Made by a program: the position numbers and the translations under genes. The notes beneath the pieces were generated by a model that was given only the letters and a program-made list of their open reading frames with translations, searched no databases and was not told where the DNA came from. Positions 23,101 to 34,950 of a stretch of DNA of 64,000 nucleotides are shown here, piece by piece. The stretch covers positions 1 through 64,000 of the forward strand of contig JAXLNO010000705.1 in assembly GCA_038087875.1 (NCBI GenBank), given 5' to 3'. The DNA comes from Malacoraja senta. Lineage: Eukaryota. Each line of letters begins with the position of its first letter. Position 1 is the first letter of the stretch.

Positions 23101-26100
23101 CTCTTTGCTTCCTGTCTGCCAGCCAGTTCCCTATCCACATCAATACTGAACCCCCAATACCGGGTGCTTTAAGTTTGCATTCTAATCTCTTATGTGGGAC
23201 CTTGTCGAAAGCCTTCTGAAAGTCCAGATATAACACATCCACTGGTTCTCCCTTATCCACTCTTCTATAAGATTCGTCAGACATGATTTACCTTTCATAA
23301 ATCCATGGTGACTTTGTCCAATGAATTCACCACTTTCCAAATGTGCTGCTATCCCATCTTTAATAACTGACTCCAGAATTTCCCCCACCATCGATGTTAG
23401 ACTAACTGGTCTGTAATTCCCCATTTTCTCTCTCCCTCCCTTTTTTAAAAAGTGTGGTTACATTTGGTACCCTCCAGTCCTCAGGAACTACTCCAGAATC
23501 TAAAGAGTTTTGAAAAATTATCACTAATGCATCCACTATTTCTGCGGCTACTTCCTTAAGTACTCTGGGATGCAACTTATCTGGTCCTGGGGATTTATCG
23601 GCCTTTAATCCATTCAATTTACCTAACACCACTTCCCGGCTAACCTGGATTTCGCTCAGTTCCTCCATCTCATTTAACCACCGGACCCTTGCTATTTCCG
23701 GCAGATTATTTATGTCTTCCTTAGTGAAGACAGAACCAAAGTAGTTATTCAATTGATCTGCCATGTCTTTGTTCCCCATGATCAAATTGCCTGTTTCTGA
23801 CTGCAAGGGACCTACATTTGTTTTAACTAATCTTTTCCTCTATAAAAACTTTTGCAGTCAGTTTTTATGTTCCCTGCCAGTTTTCTTTCATAATATATTT
23901 TCCCTTTCCAAATTAAGCCTTTTGTCCTCCTCTGCTGGACTCTGAATTTCTCCCAGTCCTCTGGTAGGCTGCTTTTTCTGGCTAATTTGTATCCTTCATC
24001 TTTTGTTTTGATACTATCCCTGATTTCCCTTGTTATCCACAGATGCACTACCTTCCCCGATTTATTCATTTGCCAAACTGGGATGAACAATTGTTGTAGT
24101 TCATCCATGCAGTTTTTAAATGCCTTCCATTGCATATCCACCGTCAACCCTTTAAGAATCATTTGCCAGTCTATCTTGGCCAATTCACATCTCATACCCT
24201 CAAAGTCACCTTTCTTTAAGTTCAGGACCTTTGTTTCTGAATTAACAATGTCACTCTCCATCCTAATGAAGAACTCAATCATATTATGGTCACTCTTGCC
24301 CAAGGGGCCACGCACAACAAGACTGCTAACTAACCCTTCCTCATTACTCAATACCCAGTCTAGAATAGCCTGCTCTCTCGTTGGTTCCTCTACATGTTTG
24401 TTTAGAAAACTATCCCGCATACATTCCAAGAAATCCTCTTCCTCAGCACTCCTGCCAATTTGATTCACCCAATCTATATGTAGATTGAAGTCACCCATTA
24501 TAATTGTTTTACCTTTGTTGAACGCATTTCTAATTTCCTGTTTTATGCCATCCCCAACTCCACTACTACTGTTAGGTGGCCAGTACACAACTCCCACTAG
24601 CGTTTTCTGCTCCTTAGTGTTTCGCAGCTCTACCCATATCGATTCCACATCCTCCAAGCTAATGTCCTTCCTTTATATTGTGTTAATCTCCTCTCTAACC
24701 AGCAACGCTACCCCACCTCGTTTTCCTTTCTGTCTATCCCTCCTGAATATTGAATATCCCTGGATGTTCAGCTCCCAGTCTTGGTCACCCTGGAGCCATG
24801 TCTCCGTGATCCCAACTATATCATATTCATTAATAACTATCTGCACATTCAACTCATCCACCTTATTACGAATGCTCCTTGCATTAAGATACAAAGCCTT
24901 CAGGCTTGTTTTTACAACACTCTTACCCTTTATACAATTATGTTGAAAAGTGGCCCTTTTTGATTTTTGCCCTGGTTTTGTCTGACTGCCACTTTTACTT
25001 TTCACCTTGCTACCTATTGCTTCTACCCTCATTTTACACCCCTTGGCTAGCTTTCCTTCATACCTCATCCTTTCCCCCGTATTGTCTTTTTTGTTATCTT
25101 CTGTTGTTCTTTAAACATTACCCGATCCTCTTGCTTCCCGCTCATCTTTTTATACTGTCCCTGACGTCCCTTGTCAGCCATGGTCGCCCCTTTCTCCCCT
25201 TGGAATCTTTCTTCCTCCTAGGAATGAACTGATCCTGCATCTTCTGTATTATTCCTAGAAATACCTGCCATTGTTGTTCCAGTGTCATCCCTGCTAGGGT
25301 ATCTTTCCAGTCAACTTTGGCCAGCTCCTCCCTCATGGCCCCACAGTTCCCTTTATTCAACTGCAACACTGACACCTCCGATCTACTCTTCTCCCTCTCC
25401 AATTGTAGATTAAACCTGACCATGTTATGGTCACTACCTCCTAATGGCTCATTAACCTCAAGGTCCTTTATCAAATCCGGTTCATTACATAACACTAAAT
25501 CCAGAATTGCCTTCTCCATGGTAGGCTCCAATACAAGCTGTTCTAAGAATCCATCACGAAGGCACTCTACAATCTCCCTTTCTTGGGGTCCAGTACCAAC
25601 CTGATTTTCCCAGTCTACCTGCATGTTGAAATCTCCCATAACAACCACAGCATTACTTTTCCTACATGCCAATTTTAACTCCTGATTCAACTTGCACCCT
25701 ATGTCCAGGCTACTGTTTGGGGGCCTGTAGATTAGTCCCATTAGCGTCATTTTACCCTTACAATTCCTGTTCTATCCATACTGACTCCACATCTCCTGAT
25801 TCAATGTCACCCCTTGCAGGGGACTGAATTTCATTTCTCACCAACAGAGCAACCCCACCCTCTCTGCCCACCTGTCTGTCTTTTCGGTAGGAGGTATACC
25901 CTTGAATATTCAGTTCCCAGCCCTGGCCCTCTTGCAGCCATGTCTCAGTAATTCCCACAACATCATACTTGCCAGTTTCTAACTGAGCCTCAAGCTCGTC
26001 CACTTTATTCCTTATACTTTGCGCATTCATATACAGAACTTTGACCTCCGTATTCCCGTTCCCCCTCGCAATTGGCCCTGACCTTACTCTGTTGTCCCTA

Positions 26101-27250
26101 CTCGAGCTTTCCTTCCCATTAATTTGAGAATCTTTTGTAATTTTTCCTGTAGTCACTTCCCCTTCAACTCCATCTTTATACTCCAAATTTGTCAATCCCT
26201 CCACCCCCCCCCCCCCCCCACTATTTAGTTTAAACCCACACATGTAGCCCTAACAAACATGCCTGCCAGAATGTCGGTCCCCCTCCAGTTAAGGTGCAAC
26301 CCGTCCCTTTTGTACAGGTCACCCCTACCCTAGAAGAGATCGTAGTGGTCTATAAATCTAAATCCTTGCTCCAGCCCCTCAGCCACACATTCAGATCCCC
26401 TATCTCCCTGTTCCTGTCCTCACTAGCACGTGGTACTGGAAGCAATCCAGAGATAACCACCCTAGAAGTCCAGCATTTCAGTCTTCTTCCCAACTCTCTG
26501 AACTCATGTTGGAGAACCTCCTTCCTCTTCTTCCCAATGTCGTTTGTGCCTACTTGCACAACTACTGCCGGCTGTTCACCTTCTCTCTCTCGAGGATGTT
26601 CTGAATTCGGCTCGTGACATCCTGAACCCTGGCACGATCCTCGCATCTCGTCTGCCGCCACAGAATCTCCTGTCCGCTCCTCGGACAATTGAATCACCCA
26701 CCACTAGGGCTTTGCCCGATGTCGGTCTCGCCGGTCGAGTCCCATCTCTAGGATTGGAGCCACCGACGTGTCCGCCGCTCGGACTGGAAACATCGTCTCC
26801 CCGGACAGTTCCCAAGAGAGCGTACCTGTTTTCATTAGGTACAGCCACCTGGTTCTTCTGCACTCCACGATTTCCACCCTTTCTCTCTGTCACACACCTT
26901 GGTTCTTCCCGTATCCTCAGCGTGATGACCTCACTGTAGGTCCTGTCCAGGAAACTCTCGTTTTCCCGGATGGCCCTGAGGTCATCCAGCTGCTTCTCCA
27001 GTGCCCCAACACGGTCTTTCAGGAGCTGAAGCTGGATGCACTTGCCACAGTTGTAGCAGCCAGAGGCTCCATCTGTGTCCCTGGGCTCCCATATTCTGCA
27101 AGCCTCGCACTGTCTCATCTGCCCCGACATGTGTTCCCACATTCCGTCCTCTCGAGCTTTATGCGTAGCCTCCTCTCCTAAGGCGGTGTTTGGCGCTGCT
27201 CAGCGGCTCCGCCATTGCAGCCACCAGCGCAGGCCTGCTTGCGTCTCTGC
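20185..27250 (-). mobile_element. Full-length CR1 LINE, inactivated and interrupted at 22034-25041
   Basis: ORF1 CEAC...CGKC, VVGDSIVR, GTND (26200-27142); APE (25142-26243); RT FADD (20279-22033); RYEGKLAK|NIKQDSKSFF rejoins across the insertion; (CTATTGT)n tail. The 5' end is approximate. Confidence 0.92.
22034..25041 (-). mobile_element. Nested CR1 LINE (near-complete ORF2, frameshifted)
   Basis: NARSIRNK, TETW, GDFN, SDH, GIPQGSVLGP, FADD; (TTTCTATG)n tail at 22034. Confidence 0.93.
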
Positions 27251-27839
27251 GCCTGGGCGTCGTGGCTTCGGGCCCGGGTGGTACCGGAGATGACGGAAGT
27301 CTGCGGGCCGGATAATTACGGGAAAACAAAAACGCCTGCAGGCCGGATGATTTTGGGTTACGGGCCGCATTCGGCCCGGGGGGCCGTAGGTTGCCGACCC
27401 CTGCTCTCCTCGCTGGAGTTTAGAAGGATTGGTTGATTCAATTGAATTGCACACTTTATTGTCACATGTGACTTCTTTGCTTGCATACCCAGGATATGCA
27501 AACAGTCGACACATAAAGAGCGCTTACAAAGTTACAAATCCCACCCCCCCCTCCCCCGTGCGCCAGGTACCCGTTTGTTCTGCCCCCCTCCTTCATGATG
27601 GTCCCCACACATGGGTCCCCATTGTCCATTGGCCTTCTCCCCTCCGTCATGACGGTCCCCCCATGCCGGGTCCTCACTTCCTCTCCACTATCGCCGCCGG
27701 GTCCTCTCTGGACGCCTCCGTGGCGCCGACCCAGACCCTAACCGCGGGCTCCGCAGACCCAGGGGCCGATGGTCGCGGGCTCCATCGACCCGCGACGCTC
27801 CACCTCGGCTCCTCAGCGGCAACTCTGGTGGGGGGGGAC

Positions 27840-28105
27840 CTCAGTTCAGTTCAGTTTATTGTCACGTGTACCGAGCTACAGTGAAAAGCTTTTGTTGCGT
27901 GCTATCCAGTCAGCAGAAAGACAATACATGATTATTATCGAGCCGTTCACAGTGTACAGATACATGATAAATGAATAACGTTTAGTGCAAGGTAAAGCCA
28001 GCAAAGTCTGATCAAGGATAGTCCAAGGGTCACCAAAGAGGTAGATAGTAGTTCAGGATGGTTCATTTGTCTACAGCTACAAATAAACTGTTCTTGAATC
28101 TGGAG
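27840..28105 (-). mobile_element. Rex1-like LINE 3' UTR fragment
   Basis: Matches the 3' end of the 41645-42395 copy. Confidence 0.75.
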
Positions 28106-28166
28106 CATAGGAGCCATATGAGCTTAAGTCAGTATAATAGAGCCATGTCTAATATTTCTAGTTCTT

Positions 28167-28271
28167 ATCTGTATGTAGGCTCATAGGTGGGATCTGTATG
28201 TAGGCTCATAGGTGGGATCTGTATGTAGGCTCATAGGTGGGATCTGTATGTAGGCTCATAGGTGGGATCTG
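28167..28271. repeat. Perfect 25-bp minisatellite (ATCTGTATGTAGGCTCATAGGTGGG) x4.2
   Basis: Units start at 28167, 28192, 28217 and 28242. Confidence 0.97.
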
Positions 28272-28301
28272 ATACGGAGAGGGGTTTGTCTACTTTGGAG
28301 G

Positions 28302-29256
28302 AGTCGCCATCTTGGAGGAACGGCTGCTAAACAGCAGCCGTCCGTCAAATTCACTTTTTCTTTAGTTTTAGCTTTTTTTATTTCTCTGTTTGTTTGGGGT
28401 TTTTTGACTTTTAATGTGGGGGGGTAAGGGGGAAACTATTTCTGGGTCCCTACCTGGTCGGTGAGGCAGCTTTTTCTCCAGGCTGCCTCGTCGACCCGTC
28501 CTCGTGGCCTACCAGCGGGCATGGAGCGCCGTTTCCTGACGGGGACCGCCCAGCACCTTCAGCTTGGTCGGCGGCACAGCGCTGGAGTGCTATCGTGGAG
28601 CGTAGCGGGCGATGCCTTGCCTGGGTCGCTGCGCTGGGTCGACGCGGTGGAGCTCCGGAATGCGGTGACCGCCGAGATCAACACCTCCGGGCTGCGGGTC
28701 TGCGGAGCGACCAGCCGCGGGTGGCGGCGCCAACTTTAACATCGGGAGCCTCGTGGCTCCAACTCGGCGCGGCCATGTCGGCTTCAGGTGCCATCGACTC
28801 CGCTGGGAAACCGGCCGTTCCAGCCGCTGCGAGGACTCTCCCGACGGCCAGGAACATCGGGCCTCCGTAGAGGCAACTGTGGTGGCCTCATTGGGCCTGA
28901 CTCTGGGGAGAACTGGGTTGGGGACTGGACATTGTGCCTTCCCCCACAGTGGTGGTCATTGTGGGGGGATGATTTTGTGTGCTGTGCCTGTTAGTCTGTG
29001 TGCAAGATGGCGGTCGGAGGGGAGAGTGGACGCTGGCGCGGTTTGGCTGCCGCTGCTCTCTCTTCAAATTGTGTTTCTTATTTTCTTTTTGTGCTTTTGT
29101 ACTTGAATTCTGTCCTTGATTTGTGTACTGTGGTGTATTTATATTTAATTTATTCCGATTATGTGTTTTGTATTTTTGTGATTCTATGCCTTGTAAGGTG
29201 TCCTTGGGTTTTAGAAAGGCGCCAGTAAATAAAATGATTATTATTATTATTATTAT
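28302..29256 (+). mobile_element. Non-coding non-LTR retroposon with L2-like tail and (TTA)n
   Basis: 11-bp TSD TACTTTGGAGG (28291-28301 / 29257-29267); tail GTGTCCTTGGG...AAAGGCGCC...AATAAA. Confidence 0.8.
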
Positions 29257-29622
29257 TACTTTGGAGGGGACTAGCGCAGACTCATAGATTTGGATTTTAG
29301 TTTTGCCTCAGAGGATGGTGAAAAAACAGTCTTGTACCACACACGTTCACGAGACGCCACACTCTTATAAAAAAGACACTCTCATATGATTTATATGACA
29401 CGAATGGAACAGCTATTAAGAACTGAAAAATTATGAGTTATTTCTTTGTTATGTGTTACTGAAATAAAAGATTGATTAATCAAGAAACGACGTTATGAAG
29501 GTTCTTTTTTGCTATCTTAAGAGTGCGGTGAGTGCATAAACTGTATCCCCAACACATCCCCGAAGGAGTAATGGCTATCGAAATTGGACTTTGAGAACGT
29601 ATAGAAATTGCCATTGCATTAA

Positions 29623-29726
29623 TGGGCCTGTCCCACTTCGGCGATCTTTGAGCGGACTACCAGCGTCTATCAAGTTGCCGGCAGTCGCCAGAAAAACCGG
29701 CAACTGGAATGGCGACTATCAGAGTG

Positions 29727-29772
<46 letters not shown>

Positions 29773-30425
29773 TCGCAAAGGCAGGGGCCAGGGCAAGCGG
29801 GGAGCCAAGGTGATACAGTCAAAGTCAAAGTCAATTTGATCCGCCACATAAAATGTCGCAGACACACACCGCGATGAACAGGAAGGTTGGCGCTGTAATT
29901 AAGACGGCTAAAGCACAGTGTACGGTAAGTCCTTTAAAAGAGGGGGAGAGGGGGGAGAAGGGGGAAGAAGGAGGGAGAAAGAGTGGAGACAACTTTTAAG
30001 AAGCCAGAGATACACGGCTGTGAAGCTCGGCGGACATTTAACATTACCGGTCGGTTATCCTTGGTTCCGAAAACTACTGCTTACCTTTTTATTCCCCCAA
30101 TGAGCCGATTGAAATTCACCGGTCAGCACCGGCTACAACCTACAAGAACCTCCGAGAACCTTCGACCTCCTGGCAACCCACTAGGACCTTCTGGCGACCC
30201 ACCCGCGGCACGGGAATTCTCGCTACTCTCCGTGGCGGCTTCATTCTGGTCGCCGCTAATGTTTCAATATGTTGTAAACATTCACGGCCACCGTAATAAG
30301 GCCGCGACCAGTTTCCAGAACGCGGAAACTCCTCGCGACCATGAAGGCGACTCCACCCGCGAACATGTGGCGACCGCATAGTCTCCGGCAGTCGCCTAAA
30401 AAGTCGCCTGAGTGGGACAGGCCAA
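29623..30425. mobile_element. PIF/Harbinger-type MITE
   Basis: TIR TGGGCCTGTCCCACT / AGTGGGACAGGCCAA; TAA TSD on both sides; internal (CA)n. Confidence 0.85.
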
Positions 30426-30684
30426 TAAGTGGATTGAATAGAAAACTGATTCAACAATGGAACTGAAGAAGTAAGCTGCATCTCTGTGAGTGAGATTGGA
30501 GCTTGAAAGCTGGAACAAAGAATCTGCCGGTCGCAAGCAAATTAACACTGTAAAATTGGATCATTAGAAAATTGAAGACGTCATTGACTGGGCACCGTGA
30601 GTAGATCGTCTGTTTTGTCGTTTTCGAAAGCCGTGAGAAGTTTAAGTTAAGAGCCTGCAGAAATAGTACTAAATAGTAGAAATC

Positions 30685-31210
30685 GGGGCTGCGGTGGCGT
30701 TCCGGCGGTGGCGACCGAGGACACTGGTGGTGACCTGAATCCGGAGGCTCGGCCGCGGGCCCAGTGGACGACATCATCGGGAGCGCGCAGGTCACAGGTT
30801 GGGTGACCTGTTTTTCTGGGGCTCCCGCATCTACAGCTGCGTCCGCTGGACTGGAGGGCGGTAGCTTCGGCAGCTTCGACCACCCGGGCCGCGTAGTTTG
30901 AGCCGGCCCGTCGCGGAGCACGGATTCGGCCGCGGGACTGGGCTTACCGTCACCCGGCGGGGTCACAGCATCAGAAGCCTGGATCGCCTCAGCGCAGAGG
31001 GAGAACAAAGCGGGAAGAGACAGAGACTTTAAGACTTTTGCCTCCATCACAGTGAGGAGGTGCCTGGTGAACTCACTGTGGTGGATGTTAATTTGTGTTT
31101 ATTGTGTGTTTTGTCATTTATTATTATATGTATGACTGCAGGCAACGAAATTTCGTTCAGACCGAAAGGTCTGAATGACAAATAAAGGAATCTCTAATCT
31201 CTAATCTCTA
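30685..31210 (+). mobile_element. GC-rich non-coding retroposon variant with (AATCTCT)n tail
   Basis: GC body, shared TCCATCACAGTGAG/CTCACTGTGGTGGA hairpin, AATAAA plus tandem tail. Confidence 0.6.
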
Positions 31211-31485
31211 AACTAAATGAAACTAACTACAATAAACTCTCATCAGCTAGGAGAGTGGTCCTACCCTCCCATCTACCTCATTTGAACTAGCATTAATCAG
31301 ACTTTGTCCAGACTTCATTCGCACTAATGTTGTACCATTTATCTTTTACTATGTGTACTGTGGAAGGATTGAATTGTAATCATGAACTGTATAGTCTTTT
31401 TATAATCTTTTTTCTTTAACTAGTTAGCACATAAACAAATGCATTTCATTGTAACTTTGCGACACGTGATAATGTTAAACAAACA

Positions 31486-31819
31486 AATAATAATAATGGA
31501 TGGGATTTATATAGCGCCTTTCTAATACTCAAGGCGCTTTACATCGCATTATTCATTCACTCCTCAGTCACACTCGGTGGTGGTGAGCTACTTCTGTAGC
31601 CACAGCTGCCCTGGGGCAGACTGACGGAAGCGTGGCTGCTAATCTGCGCCTACGGCCCCTCCGACCACCACCAATCACTCACACACATTCACACACAGGC
31701 AAAGGTGGGTGAAGTGTCTTGCCCAAGGACACAACGACAGTATGCACTCCAAGCGGGATTCGAACCGGCTACCTTCCGGTTGCCAGCCGAACATTTAGCC
31801 CATTGCGCCATCTGTCGTC
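31486..31819 (-). mobile_element. tRNA-derived CORE-type SINE with L2-like tail (distinct from HE1)
   Basis: A box TGGCGCAATGG, B box GGTTCGAATCC, CORE-like GTGTCCTTGGGCAAGACACTT, tail AAAGCGCCTTGAG...GGCGCTATATAAAT plus (ATT)n. Confidence 0.85.
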
Positions 31820-31889
31820 TGTTGTGAACCTGATGCCTAGTTAAACTCATCTCCTCTGCCTGCACATAATCCATATCCCTCCATTCAGA

Positions 31890-32271
31890 CCGCCAACCCC
31901 CAAAGAGCTCCGACCGCCGGCCTGCGGCCTACAACATCTTGAAGCCGCGGTCTCCAGTCGGAAAGTGGCCGAGTCGGGCGCTCCAAGCCGCGGAGTGTGT
32001 TTGTCCGTCCCGACGGCGGAGTTTGGATCATCCCGACGAGAGGGCCGGTACATCGTGCCGTCCGTAGCGGCGACTACGGAGGGTTCATGGCCCCGACCAC
32101 GGGTGAACAAAGGATGTGCCTTCCACCACAGTGAAGAATGTTGTGGTGGATGTTTGTGTTGTATTCTATTGTGTATTGTGTGTTCTTTTTAAGTGTATCG
32201 CTGCTGGCAAATTCATTTCACTGTCACCTTCCGGTGTATGTGACGAATAAAACTGACTTTGACTTTGACTT
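31890..32271 (+). mobile_element. GC-rich non-coding retroposon variant with (GACTTT)n tail
   Basis: Shared hairpin at 32122-32150; AATAAA plus GACTTT repeats. Confidence 0.55.
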
Positions 32272-32809
32272 TCCCTGCATGTTCATGTGCCTATCTAAAA
32301 GCCTCTTAAACGCTACAATGGTATCTGCCTCCACCACCACCCCTGGCAGCGCGTTCCACGAACCCAACACTCTTTTCCATCCTCTAATCTTTGACAAGAA
32401 TATAAATGCATGGTGTGTAAATGCTGAGGCTCTGTAGGGCGCTTGGTCAGGCCGCATTTGGAGGACTGTGAGCAATTTTGGACCCGGGGCGCTGGAGAGG
32501 GTCCAGGGTGAGGTTGACGAGAAAGCTCCCGTCACCTAGACTTGCTGGGCCGAATGGCCTAATTCTGCTCCTGTCGCTTGTGAACATAGGCTTGTGCGGC
32601 GGTGGCTGAGATATTGGACGTCACCAAGTTGGGAATTGGTCGTCGGTAGAGTGGCCGCAGAGGGTCATGGAGCACGGGCAGGAAGTGGGGGTGAGGTTGA
32701 CTTCAGACCAGTCACAAGGGGGCCTGGTGCCCTACCCCAGTGCCTCTTTCGAATGTTTAGTCTAGCTTAGAGATCTAAAGTCTACCATAACAGCATTTAA
32801 AAGACATTT

Positions 32810-33275
32810 GGGCTGGGCTTTTATACTCTGGATTTTAAAAGGACTGGGCTTGTACACTCTGGAATTTAGAAGGATGAGAGGATATCGTATTGAAACATGT
32901 AAGATTTTAAGGGTTTGGACACGCTAGAGGCAGGAAACATGTTCCCGATGTTGGGGGAGTCCAGAACCAGGTGCCACAGTTTAAGAATAAGGGGTAAGCC
33001 ATTTCGAACGGAGAAGAGGAAAAACGTTTTCACACAGAGAGTTGTGGATCTGTGGAATTCTCTGCCTCAGGCGGTGGAGGCCGGTTCTCTGGATGCTTTC
33101 AAGAGAGAGCTAGATAGGGCTCTTAAAGATAGCGGAGTTATGGGGATATGGGGAAAAGGCAGGAACAGGGTACTGATTGGGGATGATCAGCCATGATCAC
33201 AGTGAATGGCAGTGCTGGCTCGAAGGGCCGAATGGCATACTCCTGCACCTATTGTTTATTGTCTATTGTCTATTT
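32810..33275 (+). mobile_element. CR1 3' fragment
   Basis: ORF 32915..33196 RT C-terminus; (CTATTGT)n tail. Confidence 0.9.
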
Positions 33276-33924
33276 GGATAGGCAAGGTTTGCCGGGAATG
33301 GGCCAAATGCAGGCAAATGGGACTGGTTCAGAAGGGGCATCCTGATTCAGATTATAATTTAGTTTTTTTTTAGAGATACAGCGCAGAAACAGGCTCTTCG
33401 ACCCACTGAGTCCGCACCGACCAGTGATCCCCGCACACTAGCACTATCCTACACACACTAGGGACAATCTACACTGTATCGAGCCAATTAACCTACAAAC
33501 CTTTACGTCTTTGGAGTGTCACGGGGAGGAACGTGCAAACTCCGTACAGACAGCACCCGTGCGTGGTCGGGATGGAACCCGGGTCCCCAGGCGCTGTGAG
33601 GCAGCAAGTCTACCGCTGCACCCACCGTGCCGCCCTGTTGCGGTGTGGAACACTTGAAGCATCGGCCTGAATTAATGCAATATGTTCAGCAGGAACGCCC
33701 GGAGAATGGAAGTGAGTCACTCCCAAAAGACCATTGGCGGAAACTGGTACTGAACTACGTGACTGAAATTCGATAAGTAAGAGTCGCAGGGTCAAGAGTC
33801 GTATAGCATGGAAACAGGCCCTCAGCCCAACTCCTTCATGCCAACCACGAACGGCACAGTGGCGCAGCAGTAGAATCACTGCCTTACAGCGCCAGAGACC
33901 TGGGTTCGATCCTGACTGCTGCAC

Positions 33925-34075
33925 TAAAATAATCTAAACTAATCTAAACTAAACTAAACTAAACTAAACTAAATTAAATTAAATTAAATTAAATTAAATT
34001 AAATTAAATTAAACTAAACTATACAAAATTAAACTGAAAATATATTAAATTAAATTAAACTAAACCAAACTATAC
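33925..34075. repeat. (TAAAC/TAAAT)n microsatellite derived from a SINE tail
   Basis: Directly visible. Confidence 0.9.
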
Positions 34076-34344
34076 AATATAGACAAAAGGTGCAGGAGTA
34101 GGCCATTCGGCCCTTCGAGCCAGCACCGCCATTCAATGTGATCATGGCTGATCATCCACAATCAGTACCCGTTCCTGCCTTCTCCCCATATCCCCTGACT
34201 CCGCGGTCTAGCTCTCTCTTGAAAGTATCCAGAGAACTTTCAGAACTAAACTAATAATAAAAATAAACTGAAAACTGAAACAAAACTAAAAATAAACTAA
34301 ACTAAACTAAATTAATCTAAAGTAAACTAATTTAGTTACTTAGC

Positions 34345-34495
34345 TACTTCCTGGCAGGGGAGAGACCGTGATCAAATAGGCGGATCCCCCAGGACGAGGC
34401 TATCCCATTGCCACTCTGGGTGTGCTGAAGCCTGCGATGGCTCCAAATGTGGGATACTCAACTGCAGAATTTGTGGTCGTGGGCGACTGCGTTCG
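34345..34495 (+). pseudogene. RNU1: U1 snRNA pseudogene or variant, 3'-truncated
   Basis: TACTTCCTGGCAGGGGAG..GATCAAATAG..CAGGACGAGGC..ATTGCCAC..AAATGTGGGA..Sm site AATTTGTGG (34468-76)..GACTGCGTTCG, collinear with vertebrate U1. Confidence 0.93.
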
Positions 34496-34526
34496 AGATT
34501 TAAATTTTGTTTTTAAATTTTAATAA

Positions 34527-34805
34527 GGGCGGTCACGGTGGCGCAGCGGTAGAGTTGCTGCCTTACAGCGAATGCAGCCCCGGAAGACCCGGGTTCTAAC
34601 CTGACTACGGGCCTTGTCTTTACAGAGTTTGCACGTTCCCCCCCGAGACCTGTCTGGGTTTTCTCCGAGATCTTCGGTTTCCTCCCACACTCCAAAGACG
34701 TACAGGTTCATAGGTTAATTGGCTTGTTATAAATGTAAAAATTGTCCCTGGTGGGATAGTGTTAAACTGCGGGGATCGCTGATTGGCGCGGACCTGGTGG
34801 GCCAA
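34527..34805 (+). mobile_element. HE1-like SINE
   Basis: A box GGTGGCGCAGCGG, degenerate B box, core. Confidence 0.85.
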
Positions 34806-34864
34806 AAATCGATTCTTAAAACATGGCCGTCGGGGGGAAACACAATGAGGCCTAACATCTGGGA

Positions 34865-34950
34865 CAGGGGGGCGGCAACATACGGCCCACGGGCCGGATC
34901 CGGCCCTTAACCCGAAATCATTTGGCCCGCAGGCGTATTAGTTTTCGGGA
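34865..34950. mobile_element. One end of the hAT MITE family seen at 19961-27403
   Basis: Approximate reverse complement of 27320-27403. Confidence 0.7.

Larger units (their letters stand above)
19961..27403. mobile_element. hAT (Charlie-like) MITE carrying ~7 kb of nested CR1 LINEs
   Basis: TIR CAGGGGTGGGCAACCT / AGGTTGCCGACCCCTG; TSD CTCTACTC (19953-60) / CTCTCCTC (27404-11). Confidence 0.85.

Noticed and set aside
30451..31050. 199-aa minus-strand ORF
   Set aside because: Mostly antisense to a GC-rich retroposon and runs into flank; no recognisable domain.
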